From assembly GCA_964357635.1 (NCBI GenBank), contig CAYHLZ010000001.1:198674-262673 (forward strand): a DNA stretch of 64,000 nucleotides, written 5' to 3'. Source of the stretch: an uncultured Candidatus Saccharibacteria bacterium (lineage in GTDB: Bacteria > Patescibacteriota > Minisyncoccia > Phycocordibacterales > Zambryskibacteraceae). Position numbers and translations under genes: made by a program. Positions 56,694 to 64,000 of the stretch are shown in pieces. Below the pieces are notes generated by a model. That model worked only from the letters and a program-made list of their open reading frames with translations, had not been told where the DNA came from and ran no database searches. Each line of letters starts with the position of its first letter. Positions within the stretch are counted from its first letter, which is position 1.

Positions 56694-57557
56694 ATGAAGA
56701 AAAAGATACTGGTAATACTTGGACCCACGGCCTCTGGGAAAAGTGCGTTGGGAGTAAGACTTGCTAAAAAATTTGGCGGAGAAATTATCTCTGCTGATTC
56801 TAGGCAAATTTATCGCGGGCTTGATATCGGGACAGGGAAAATCACTAAAAAAGAAATGAGGGGTGTTAAGCACCATCTTCTTGACGTGGCCAGTCCCAAG
56901 GAGCAGTTCTCCGTAGCTGAGTATAAAAAATTGGCAGAGGAGAAAATAAACAAAATTAAGTTCCCTATTGTTGTGGGCGGTACTGGATTCTATATAGACG
57001 CTCTTGCAGGAAAGGCTAGTTATCCTGATGTGCCCCCAAACAAAAAGTTAAGAAAAAGGCTTGGCCAGGAATCTGCAGATGAGCTCTTTAAGATTCTAAA
57101 GAAAAAAGATTCACGGAGGGCACAAACAATAGACCGACATAATAAGGTTCGTTTAATAAGAGCACTTGAAATCATTGAGGTACTGGGCCAAGTTCCACCT
57201 ATTCTTAAGTTCTCAAGAACATCAGAATACCAATTTATATACATTGGATTGAGGCCAGATGATTTGGAAAGAAGAATTTACAAAAGGCTCGTAAAAAGGA
57301 TTTTGGGAATAATTCGGGAAACAAAGAAATTGCCCTTCAAGCGCGCTTACGAATTGGGGCTTGAATACCGCTATGCTGCTTTATATTTAAAGAAAAAAAT
57401 AAGTAAAAAGGAAATGGTCGAGAGACTTAACAGAGCCATCCGAGAGTACGCCAAGCGACAGATGACCTGGTTCAAACGCAACAAAGAAATTAAATGGTTC
57501 AAACCAGAAGAATATAAAAAGATAGAAAAGTTCGCCAAATCAAGACTTTTGGCTTAA
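56694..57557 (+). CDS. miaA: tRNA dimethylallyltransferase (start corrected to MKKKILVILGPTASGKS; the ORF-track N-terminus is translated tRNA)
   Basis: P-loop GPTASGKS, the ADSRQIYRGLDIGT motif, and a length of 287 aa. The ATG directly abuts the tRNA-Leu CCA. Confidence 0.85.
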   Translation: MKKKILVILGPTASGKSALGVRLAKKFGGEIISADSRQIYRGLDIGTGKITKKEMRGVKHHLLDVASPKEQFSVAEYKKLAEEKINKIKFPIVVGGTGFYIDALAGKASYPDVPPNKKLRKRLGQESADELFKILKKKDSRRAQTIDRHNKVRLIRALEIIEVLGQVPPILKFSRTSEYQFIYIGLRPDDLERRIYKRLVKRILGIIRETKKLPFKRAYELGLEYRYAALYLKKKISKKEMVERLNRAIREYAKRQMTWFKRNKEIKWFKPEEYKKIEKFAKSRLLA

Positions 57558-57569
57558 TGTTAGAGACAA

Positions 57570-58784
57570 ATGAGTATAGACAAGATATTAAAAGAGCTTG
57601 AGAAGTGCGAGTACAAAGTATCCACCGACACCAGGAAAGATATTAGTGGCTCTATTTATTTTGCTCTGAAGGGAGAAACCCATGACGGTAACCACTTTGT
57701 AAAAGATGCTCTGGAAAAAGGTGCGGTAGTGGCTGTTACGGATAAAAAAGAAAACGCTGGTGAGAATGTGTATGTGGTAGAAGACAGTTTAAAAACGCTT
57801 CAAGAAGTAGCGAGAAAATATAGAGAACAATTCAATATTCCTATTATTGCTATAGGTGGCTCAAATGGGAAAACGACAAGTAAAGACTTGGTACGCGATG
57901 TATTGAAAACGAAATATAAAGTTTTTGCCACAGCGGGTAATTTAAATAACGAAATCGGTGTCCCCCTTTCAATACTTTCCATAAAAAAAGATTGTGAGAT
58001 AGCAATAATTGAAGTTGGCGCTAACCGCAGAGGTGATCATAAGTTCTTACTTGATATGGTGAGACCAACACACGTTGCGGTTACAAATAACGGCATGGAT
58101 CACCTTGAAGGATTCGGCTCCCCTGAAGGTGTAAGGATGGCCAATAAAGAAATATATGATTGGGCACTCCAACACTCGGCCACTGCTTTTGTAAATAAGA
58201 AACACCCAGACTTGGTTCTGGATTCAGAAGGAGTTTCGCGTGTTTTGTATCCTGAAAAAGAGCTTGAATATAAAACGAAACTTGCCGGCGATTACAACAG
58301 AGAAAACATTGAACTTGCTTTGGCCGTGGGAAACAGTATGGATGTAAAGACAGAAGATGCCCTTAGAGCTATTGCTTCATATGAACCGTCCGGAAACCGC
58401 TCACAAGTTATAACAAAAAATGGGATAAATTTTGTCGTGGATTGCTACAATGCTAATCCTTCAAGCATGAAGGCTTCTCTTGAAAGTTTCTTGAAAGATT
58501 CCAAGAATCATAAAGGTGTTGTCTTGGGAGACATGCTAGAACTCGGAAAATATTCTCTAGAAGAACATAAGAAAGTGGTTAAATATCTTTCAGAGCAAAA
58601 ATTAGATTTTCTGGTATTTGTCGGAGAGGAGTTTAAAAAAGCGCTTGTTGGTGAGAGTTTAAAACATCTGTGGTTTCCAGATTCAGAAAAAGCGAAAGAC
58701 TGGTTTAGAGGCGAAAAATTTGACGGCTTCACCTTTCTCCTTAAGGGTTCGCGAGGGATGAAAATAGAAAAAATCTTAGAGTAA
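57570..58784 (+). CDS. murF: Mur ligase family protein, MurF-like (UDP-MurNAc-tripeptide--D-Ala-D-Ala ligase)
   Basis: IIAIGGSNGKTTSKD P-loop, GNLNNEIGVP motif and a Mur ligase C-terminal domain; shorter than a typical MurF. Confidence 0.6.
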   Translation: MSIDKILKELEKCEYKVSTDTRKDISGSIYFALKGETHDGNHFVKDALEKGAVVAVTDKKENAGENVYVVEDSLKTLQEVARKYREQFNIPIIAIGGSNGKTTSKDLVRDVLKTKYKVFATAGNLNNEIGVPLSILSIKKDCEIAIIEVGANRRGDHKFLLDMVRPTHVAVTNNGMDHLEGFGSPEGVRMANKEIYDWALQHSATAFVNKKHPDLVLDSEGVSRVLYPEKELEYKTKLAGDYNRENIELALAVGNSMDVKTEDALRAIASYEPSGNRSQVITKNGINFVVDCYNANPSSMKASLESFLKDSKNHKGVVLGDMLELGKYSLEEHKKVVKYLSEQKLDFLVFVGEEFKKALVGESLKHLWFPDSEKAKDWFRGEKFDGFTFLLKGSRGMKIEKILE

Positions 58785-58787
58785 CTT

Positions 58788-58861
58788 TGGCGGGCGATGA
58801 GGGAATCGAACCCCCGACAGCGGATTTGGAGGCCGCAGTTATGCCACTTAACTAATCGCCC
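58788..58861 (-). tRNA. tRNA-Trp (anticodon CCA); CCA end encoded
   Basis: Reverse complement GGGCGATTAGTTAAGTGGCATAACTGCGGCCTCCAAATCCGCTGTCGGGGGTTCGATTCCCTCATCGCCCGCCA; loop CTCCAAA. The anticodon stem has one C-U mismatch. Confidence 0.75.
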
Positions 58862-58884
58862 TAGAATTGCTATTTTAACACAGA

Positions 58885-59058
58885 CTAAGCCTTTTTCTCC
58901 TTATAAACGGTGTGTTTGCGGACAATAGGATTATATTTCTTTAATTCAAGTTTGCGCTCTACAGATTTCCTGTTTTTGCGCGAGTAGTAGGTGTGACCCT
59001 TGCCCTTCCCCTTTTCGTCCCCTACAGAGACTAGTTTTATTAGATGGTCTTGCGACAT
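58885..59058 (-). CDS. rpmG: 50S ribosomal protein L33 (Cys-free form), start at MSQDHLIK
   Basis: GHTYYSRKNRKSVERKLELKKYNPIVRKHTVYKEKK matches the L33 C-terminus. Adjacent to tRNA-Trp, as in many bacteria. Confidence 0.75.
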   Translation of the reverse strand: MSQDHLIKLVSVGDEKGKGKGHTYYSRKNRKSVERKLELKKYNPIVRKHTVYKEKKA

Positions 59059-59074
59059 AGCCAAATAGGATACA

Positions 59075-59902
59075 CTAGGACAAATATTTTGCAAATTTCC
59101 CCATAAGGTCTCTTGTAATCTTACCGACTAAACCATCGGCTATCTTGAAGTTATCAACTTTTACCACGGGCACAATATCTTTAAATGAAGCAGTGATGAA
59201 CACTTCGTCAGCGGACTTAAGTTCTTGAAAACTAACTTCCCTTCTCTCAACCTTATAATCTTGTTCTGCAAGCTTTAAAACAATTTTACGAGTTATACCC
59301 TCAAGAACTTCTTCCTCTGGTGTAATAAGAACATTGTCTTTAATTAAAAAAATATTACTTGTAGCACACTCTAAAACCTTACCCTCGTTAACATATAAGA
59401 TTTCTAATGCACCGTTTTCATTCTTAAAATTTTGCAGACTAGCACCCATGATGTAGTTGGTGGTCTTAAGCTTGGGCATTTCGCGCTTATATTCATGCGT
59501 AATGAGCTTAGCACCTTTTTCATAATTTTCTTTCGGTAGAGCCTTCCACTCTTCAGCGAGCATATAGAAAGTCGGTTCATCAAAATTGTGTTCTATGCCA
59601 TTGATGACCCTTCCGCCTGTAAGCACAATCCTAATACTTGCCCTAGTAGTAAACTCTGACTTTTTAACTATTTCAATTATTATTTCTTCTGCTAGTTTTG
59701 CACTTACTGGTACCTTTATGTTTAAAGCTTCTGCGCCACGAATAAGTCTTTGCCAGTGGTCACTAAAATGAAGTGGTTTAGTGTTTATTACGGCAAGTGC
59801 TTCATACATACCATAACCACGTAATAAGCCGATGTCTAAAATAGAGACCTTTGCATCTCGCAAGGGTAATATTTCTCCATTAAAAAAGCAATACTGGTTC
59901 AT
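59075..59902 (-). CDS. Class IV PLP-dependent aminotransferase (branched-chain/D-amino-acid aminotransferase family)
   Basis: Fold-type IV pattern (FFNGEILPLRDAKVSILDIGLLRGYGMYE...); 275 aa. Confidence 0.7.
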   Translation of the reverse strand: MNQYCFFNGEILPLRDAKVSILDIGLLRGYGMYEALAVINTKPLHFSDHWQRLIRGAEALNIKVPVSAKLAEEIIIEIVKKSEFTTRASIRIVLTGGRVINGIEHNFDEPTFYMLAEEWKALPKENYEKGAKLITHEYKREMPKLKTTNYIMGASLQNFKNENGALEILYVNEGKVLECATSNIFLIKDNVLITPEEEVLEGITRKIVLKLAEQDYKVERREVSFQELKSADEVFITASFKDIVPVVKVDNFKIADGLVGKITRDLMGKFAKYLS

Positions 59903-59920
59903 CTGTGTGTTTTATTATAC

Positions 59921-59946
59921 CCTGCCTGCCTGCCGGCAGGCAGGGC
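59921..59946. repeat. GC-rich perfect palindrome in a divergent intergenic region
   Basis: CCCTGCCTGCC-TGCC-GGCAGGCAGGG, with 11-bp arms, between divergently transcribed genes. Confidence 0.6.
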
Positions 59947-59992
59947 AAAGTTGTCTTTCCACTTTCGCTCTAGTAAAGTAAGAATACTTCAT

Positions 59993-61441
59993 ATGTCTCA
60001 GAAGAAAACAATACTCGTAACGGGTGGAGCGGGATTTATCGGCTCACACCTCTGTAGGCGACTGGAAAAAGATGGGCACAGAGTAATTTCGCTTGATAAT
60101 TATTTTGCAGGCAGACGAGAAAATCATGTCTCTGGGGTGGAATATAGAGAAGGGCACACTAAAGATGTTGAGGCTCTAGTGCCGGAAAAGATTGATATTA
60201 TCTTTCACCTTGGAGAGTATGCTCGAGTAGAACAAAGCGTGCTTGAAAAAGAGGTGGTGCATAACCTCAATGTCATTGGCACAAGGTCTGTCTTGGATTT
60301 CTGGAAAAAACGTGGTTGTAAACTTGTCTATGCTGGTTCGTCCACTAAGTTTGGCGATGATGGAAAAGCAAGAGAAACCACACCCTATGCCTCAACCAAA
60401 GCCAGAAATACAGAAATAGTAAAAGAAATTGGCGATGTCAAAAGACTTCCCTACGCCATAACTTACTTTTACAACGTATATGGTCCTGGTGAGCGGTCAG
60501 GAATTTACGGCACGGTCATAGAAATTTTTAAACAAATGTATTTATCGGGTTCCCCTATCACAGTTGTAAAACCGGGCACACAGACTCGTAACTTTACCCA
60601 CGTTGACGATATTGTGGATGGACTTATTCTGGTGGGAGAAAGAGGGCAAGGAGACGAATATGGTCTTGGTAATGAAAAAATGTATTCCATACTAGAAATA
60701 GCAAAAATGTTTGGTGGCGAAGTCATGCTCCTTCCGGAAAGAACGGGAAACCGCATGATGTCTGGTTTAGACACAAAGAAATCAAGAGGGCTTGGCTGGA
60801 GTCCGCAAAGAAGTGTAGAAGAATATATACGAGAGTTTGTCGCGACAAGTGCTCGTGGCGACAAGAAAGAGAAACGAGTACTTGTCTTTTCAACAACTTT
60901 TCTACCGATTACCGGCCCCGCTGAAGAAGCACTCATTGAACTTATAAATAAAATGCCCGAGGTGAAGTTTGACATCGTGACATCCTGTTTCTCACCATAT
61001 ACAAAAAATCCAGTAGAACAAAAAAATAATATTACTATTCACAGAGTCGGCTTCGGACATAAGACCGACAAATATCTTCTACCTTTTCTTGGTTACCGCA
61101 GAGCCAAGAAGCTCCACGCCGAACATAAATATCTTTTCACTTGGTCTATCATGGCAAGTTATGCGGCTTTGGCGGGAGTCTTCCTCAAGCGCAGGTTAAA
61201 ACTTCCTCTACTCATCACGCTTGCTGATCACGATATCACCGAGATTTCACCATTTTTCATAACTATACTTAAAGCAATTCTTTCCGATGCAGATCAAGTT
61301 TACGGAGAAAGCAGACAAGAAGAACATGTAAAAAAACTTATTGGCAAAAACTTGAGAAAATCAATGGGAGAAGGAGATGCCTTCGCCAACCAAATCCGCT
61401 TTCTTTACAGCAGTATTTTATATCATACGCCAGGTAAGTAA
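59993..61441 (+). CDS. Fusion protein: NAD-dependent sugar epimerase/dehydratase (SDR) plus a C-terminal GT4-type glycosyltransferase N-domain only
   Basis: N-terminus ILVTGGAGFIGSHL plus a YxxxK SDR core. The C-terminal 190 aa are paralogous to the N-terminal Rossmann half of the GT4 enzyme at 62159 (RVLVFSTTFLPITGPAEEALIEL vs RILIFSLAYFPKHVGGAEVAIKEI). There is no EX7E catalytic half. Confidence 0.6.
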   Translation: MSQKKTILVTGGAGFIGSHLCRRLEKDGHRVISLDNYFAGRRENHVSGVEYREGHTKDVEALVPEKIDIIFHLGEYARVEQSVLEKEVVHNLNVIGTRSVLDFWKKRGCKLVYAGSSTKFGDDGKARETTPYASTKARNTEIVKEIGDVKRLPYAITYFYNVYGPGERSGIYGTVIEIFKQMYLSGSPITVVKPGTQTRNFTHVDDIVDGLILVGERGQGDEYGLGNEKMYSILEIAKMFGGEVMLLPERTGNRMMSGLDTKKSRGLGWSPQRSVEEYIREFVATSARGDKKEKRVLVFSTTFLPITGPAEEALIELINKMPEVKFDIVTSCFSPYTKNPVEQKNNITIHRVGFGHKTDKYLLPFLGYRRAKKLHAEHKYLFTWSIMASYAALAGVFLKRRLKLPLLITLADHDITEISPFFITILKAILSDADQVYGESRQEEHVKKLIGKNLRKSMGEGDAFANQIRFLYSSILYHTPGK

Positions 61442-61476
61442 TGATAAAAGCGGGCGCCTCTCGGTAGAGGCGCCCT

Positions 61477-62106
61477 TTACTTTAGGACATCGTGTTCTTG
61501 GAGTTCTTTCTCCAGAGACCCGATATCATGGTGGAAACCGTGATAGACGATTCCGTGTCCGCCAAGGTTTTTCCAGCTGTTGATATTGCTTTCGTAATCG
61601 TCCACGAGGATTGCTTCGTCGGGACGAACACCTGCAAGCTTTAGCGCATATTCGTAGATACGGGGTTCAGGCTTTGAGGCTCCGACTCGGTACGAGAGAA
61701 TGTGGCGCTCTCCTGGAATGTGTTTGAAGAGAAATGGATGCTTCTTGAAGTAGCGTTCGTAGTGAATTTCGTTCGTGTTGGAAAGAAGATACATCACCAC
61801 TTCAGTCCGCACCTTTTCAAGTAAAGTGTCCAAACCTGCAACATCTTCGAAAAAGATATCAGTGTAATACTCCTCGAAGAGTGCCTGTGGGATCTCTATC
61901 TTGGTCCGAGCCATAAACTCGTGGTAATAGTCTTCAGGTGAGATATCACCGCGATCGAAGGCTCGGTACACGTCGTTTTGAATCTGGTTGAGTTCCCGAG
62001 CAGGGAGCGTCGTGTATCCTTCACGGATAAGCCTTCGATAGAAGAACTCCATGTGAAAGGTTGAAAAAACATTTCCGAAATCAAGGAACAGCGCCTTAAT
62101 AGACAT
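61477..62106 (-). CDS. HAD-superfamily hydrolase
   Basis: Motif I FLDFGNV and motif IV (LVDDYESNI); 209 aa. Confidence 0.65.
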   Translation of the reverse strand: MSIKALFLDFGNVFSTFHMEFFYRRLIREGYTTLPARELNQIQNDVYRAFDRGDISPEDYYHEFMARTKIEIPQALFEEYYTDIFFEDVAGLDTLLEKVRTEVVMYLLSNTNEIHYERYFKKHPFLFKHIPGERHILSYRVGASKPEPRIYEYALKLAGVRPDEAILVDDYESNINSWKNLGGHGIVYHGFHHDIGSLEKELQEHDVLK

Positions 62107-62158
62107 ATCTTTAGTCTCCTTTTGAACAGTTTTGACCAGGGACAGCTTAACCTATAGT

Positions 62159-63385
62159 ATGAAAGAGTCAATGCCTAAAAGAATACTTATATTCTCTCTC
62201 GCCTATTTTCCTAAACATGTCGGTGGTGCCGAGGTAGCTATTAAGGAAATTACAGACAGGATTCCCTCTTCTCTCTATGAATTTCACATGGTGACGCTTC
62301 GTTTTGATTCTACTCTCCCTAAAATGGAAAAGGTCGGTAACGTTTTCGTGCATCGCATTGGATTTGTAAAAAGGAATCCAACTATGGCAGATTTGCGTAA
62401 ATTCCCTCTTCACTTTAATAAATTGCTGTTTCAGTTCTGGGCTTTTTTCAAAGCAGCAACACTCCACCGTAAACTTGATTTCTACGCTACCTGGGCAATG
62501 ATGGCGCACTCCTGTGGAGTACCGGCAGCACTTTTCAAATTAAGTCACAAAAAAGTTAAATATGTATTAACCCTGCAGGAAGGCGACCCGCCAGAGTACA
62601 TAGAACGTAAGATGTTGCCTCTTTTCCCATTGTTTAAACGTGCCTTCACTTCTGCAGATATGATACAGAGCATTTCAACTTTCCTCGTAACATGGAGCAA
62701 GAAGATGGGGGCAAACTGTCCGACTGTGGTGATACCAAACGCGGTCAACATAAAACACTTTTCTCAAACCTACCCTACAGAAGAGCTTAATGGAATAAAG
62801 GATAAATTGAAGAAAAAGAAAAATGACGTTTTCCTTATCACTACATCAAGATTGGTGAAAAAGAATGCTTGCGACGACGTTATCAGGTCTCTGACTCATC
62901 TGCCCAAAAATTATCACTTCATCATCTTGGGAACTGGACCAGACGAAGACATGTTGCGCGCACTTGCCAGAGGTCTCAAGGTAGAGTCACGAGTACAATT
63001 TTTGGGTCAAATTGGACACGCAGACCTACCAAAGTATCTTGTGGCAAGTGATATTTTTATCAGACCCTCGCTCTCTGAAGGTATGGGGAACTCGTTTGTG
63101 GAAGCCATGGCGGCCAAACTCCCAGTTATTGCAACACAAGAAGGTGGTATTGCCGATTTCCTCTTTGATCCAGAGCTAAATACTGAAAAAGACCCCACAG
63201 GGCGGGCGGTAAAGGCACGTGACCCAGAAGGCATTGCCCGAGCAGCTAAACTATACATAAGTGATAAGGCAATGACAGAGAAAATTGTGTCCAATGCAGA
63301 GAAAATGGCACGGGAGAAATATGACTGGAATCTTATCGCCAAAGATATGGAAGAGAAGGTCTTTGGTGCTCTGCTTAAGGTCTAG
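62159..63385 (+). CDS. Glycosyltransferase family 4 (GT-B, retaining)
   Basis: N-terminal Glyco_trans_4 domain plus C-terminal SEGMGNSFVEAMAAKLPVIAT (EX7E region). Confidence 0.75.
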   Translation: MKESMPKRILIFSLAYFPKHVGGAEVAIKEITDRIPSSLYEFHMVTLRFDSTLPKMEKVGNVFVHRIGFVKRNPTMADLRKFPLHFNKLLFQFWAFFKAATLHRKLDFYATWAMMAHSCGVPAALFKLSHKKVKYVLTLQEGDPPEYIERKMLPLFPLFKRAFTSADMIQSISTFLVTWSKKMGANCPTVVIPNAVNIKHFSQTYPTEELNGIKDKLKKKKNDVFLITTSRLVKKNACDDVIRSLTHLPKNYHFIILGTGPDEDMLRALARGLKVESRVQFLGQIGHADLPKYLVASDIFIRPSLSEGMGNSFVEAMAAKLPVIATQEGGIADFLFDPELNTEKDPTGRAVKARDPEGIARAAKLYISDKAMTEKIVSNAEKMAREKYDWNLIAKDMEEKVFGALLKV

Positions 63386-63675
63386 AGAAAAAGAACGAAT
63401 ACTAAAAAAATTAGGACGAAACAGGCAAACGTTCCAACAGTTTTAAGAAAGAAACTTACGGCTTCTTGTCTCTGGTTATCAAGATGTAGGCGAAGCGGTT
63501 CATAGACAAAGAGATATCCCATAACTGCGGCAGATAGAACAAAGAGGCTCAACATTAGTATCGGCATAAGGATCGTCTCCTCGCGGCCGTCAGGATCAAT
63601 GCTGAACATAATTGAGACAATAAAAACAATATACAAAGCTGCGAATAACGCGTTTAAGAACGGATTTTTATTCAT
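63382..63675 (-). CDS. Small membrane protein (3 TM)
   Basis: Hydrophobic profile; 97 aa. Confidence 0.35.
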   Translation of the reverse strand: MNKNPFLNALFAALYIVFIVSIMFSIDPDGREETILMPILMLSLFVLSAAVMGYLFVYEPLRLHLDNQRQEAVSFFLKTVGTFACFVLIFLVFVLFL

Positions 63676-63690
63676 ATTTATTTCTGGCGA

Positions 63691-63951
63691 TTAGTCTGCG
63701 GCGTAAACTTCCGTGCCCTCCTTCGCGCTTTGAGATAATTTCACGGCCACCTCATCTCCTTTCTTACCTGACTTAACCGGCTCGTGGTCAAGTTGCATAG
63801 AAGAAATAGTTTCGGAAAATTGCTTATCTCCTCGCTTAAACTTTACCTCGTCTCCAACCTTAAGGGCCTTGTTTAGCTTAATAACCGCTACACTGATTTT
63901 GTCGTACCAGTGGTTTACTTCGCCAAGTTTATTGCTTTTTGCTTTTGGCAT
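63691..63951 (-). CDS. Small hypothetical protein (86 aa), possibly a beta-barrel
   Basis: Well-formed ORF; no confident family. Confidence 0.3.
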   Translation of the reverse strand: MPKAKSNKLGEVNHWYDKISVAVIKLNKALKVGDEVKFKRGDKQFSETISSMQLDHEPVKSGKKGDEVAVKLSQSAKEGTEVYAAD

Positions 63952-64000
63952 ACCCCAAATGCTACACCCCCAATATACTTTTGCAACTATTGAAAAACCG

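Noticed and set aside
1-64000. CRISPR arrays, IS elements, integrases
   Set aside because: A scan for direct repeats of 25-40 bp with regular spacing, transposase-like ORFs and terminal inverted repeats found none. The only repeated elements are the tRNA-Gln pair, the operator duplicates and the sRNA promoter duplicates.

Overview
This 64-kb window comes from an AT-rich bacterial chromosome (roughly 40% GC) that uses the standard genetic code; TGA, TAG and TAA all act as stops. Genes are compact and often overlap by ATGA or TGATG. Small secreted and membrane proteins are abundant (DUF4870, META, Gmad2, CAP domains), and one cupin-type (archaeal-type) PGI is present. This fits a CPR/Patescibacteria-like genome, but that is inference.

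Most of the window is housekeeping: rnj, pyrG, purF, murA, ftsEX, dnaX, dus, serS, dprA, topA, an RSH, parB, miaA, murF, rpmG, and four tRNAs (Gln-CUG, Gln-UUG, Leu-CAA, Trp-CCA).

Accessory content:
- A 2927-aa cyclic beta-1,2-glucan-synthase-like GT84-GH94 gene, a 1281-aa surface protein and a cupredoxin.
- A copper-homeostasis locus of about 7 kb (34.5-41.5 kb). It has two copies of a CsoR-type operator embedded in promoter spacers and encodes csoR, DUF305, DUF1573, a P1B ATPase with a His/Met-rich N-terminus and an unusual CPD motif, plus several small membrane/Cys-His proteins.
- Immediately upstream of that locus, two tandem stand-alone small-RNA-like units. They have near-identical TTGACA-N17-TATACT promoters and GGGCCCGGG hairpin terminators and no assignable family. 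This is the most likely undescribed element.
- Two GC-rich (~55%) single-gene islands, at 24.2-24.9 kb and 30.4-31.0 kb; the latter is a GC-shifted tandem paralog of an AT-rich NlpC/P60-like gene.

No CRISPR array or mobile element was found.
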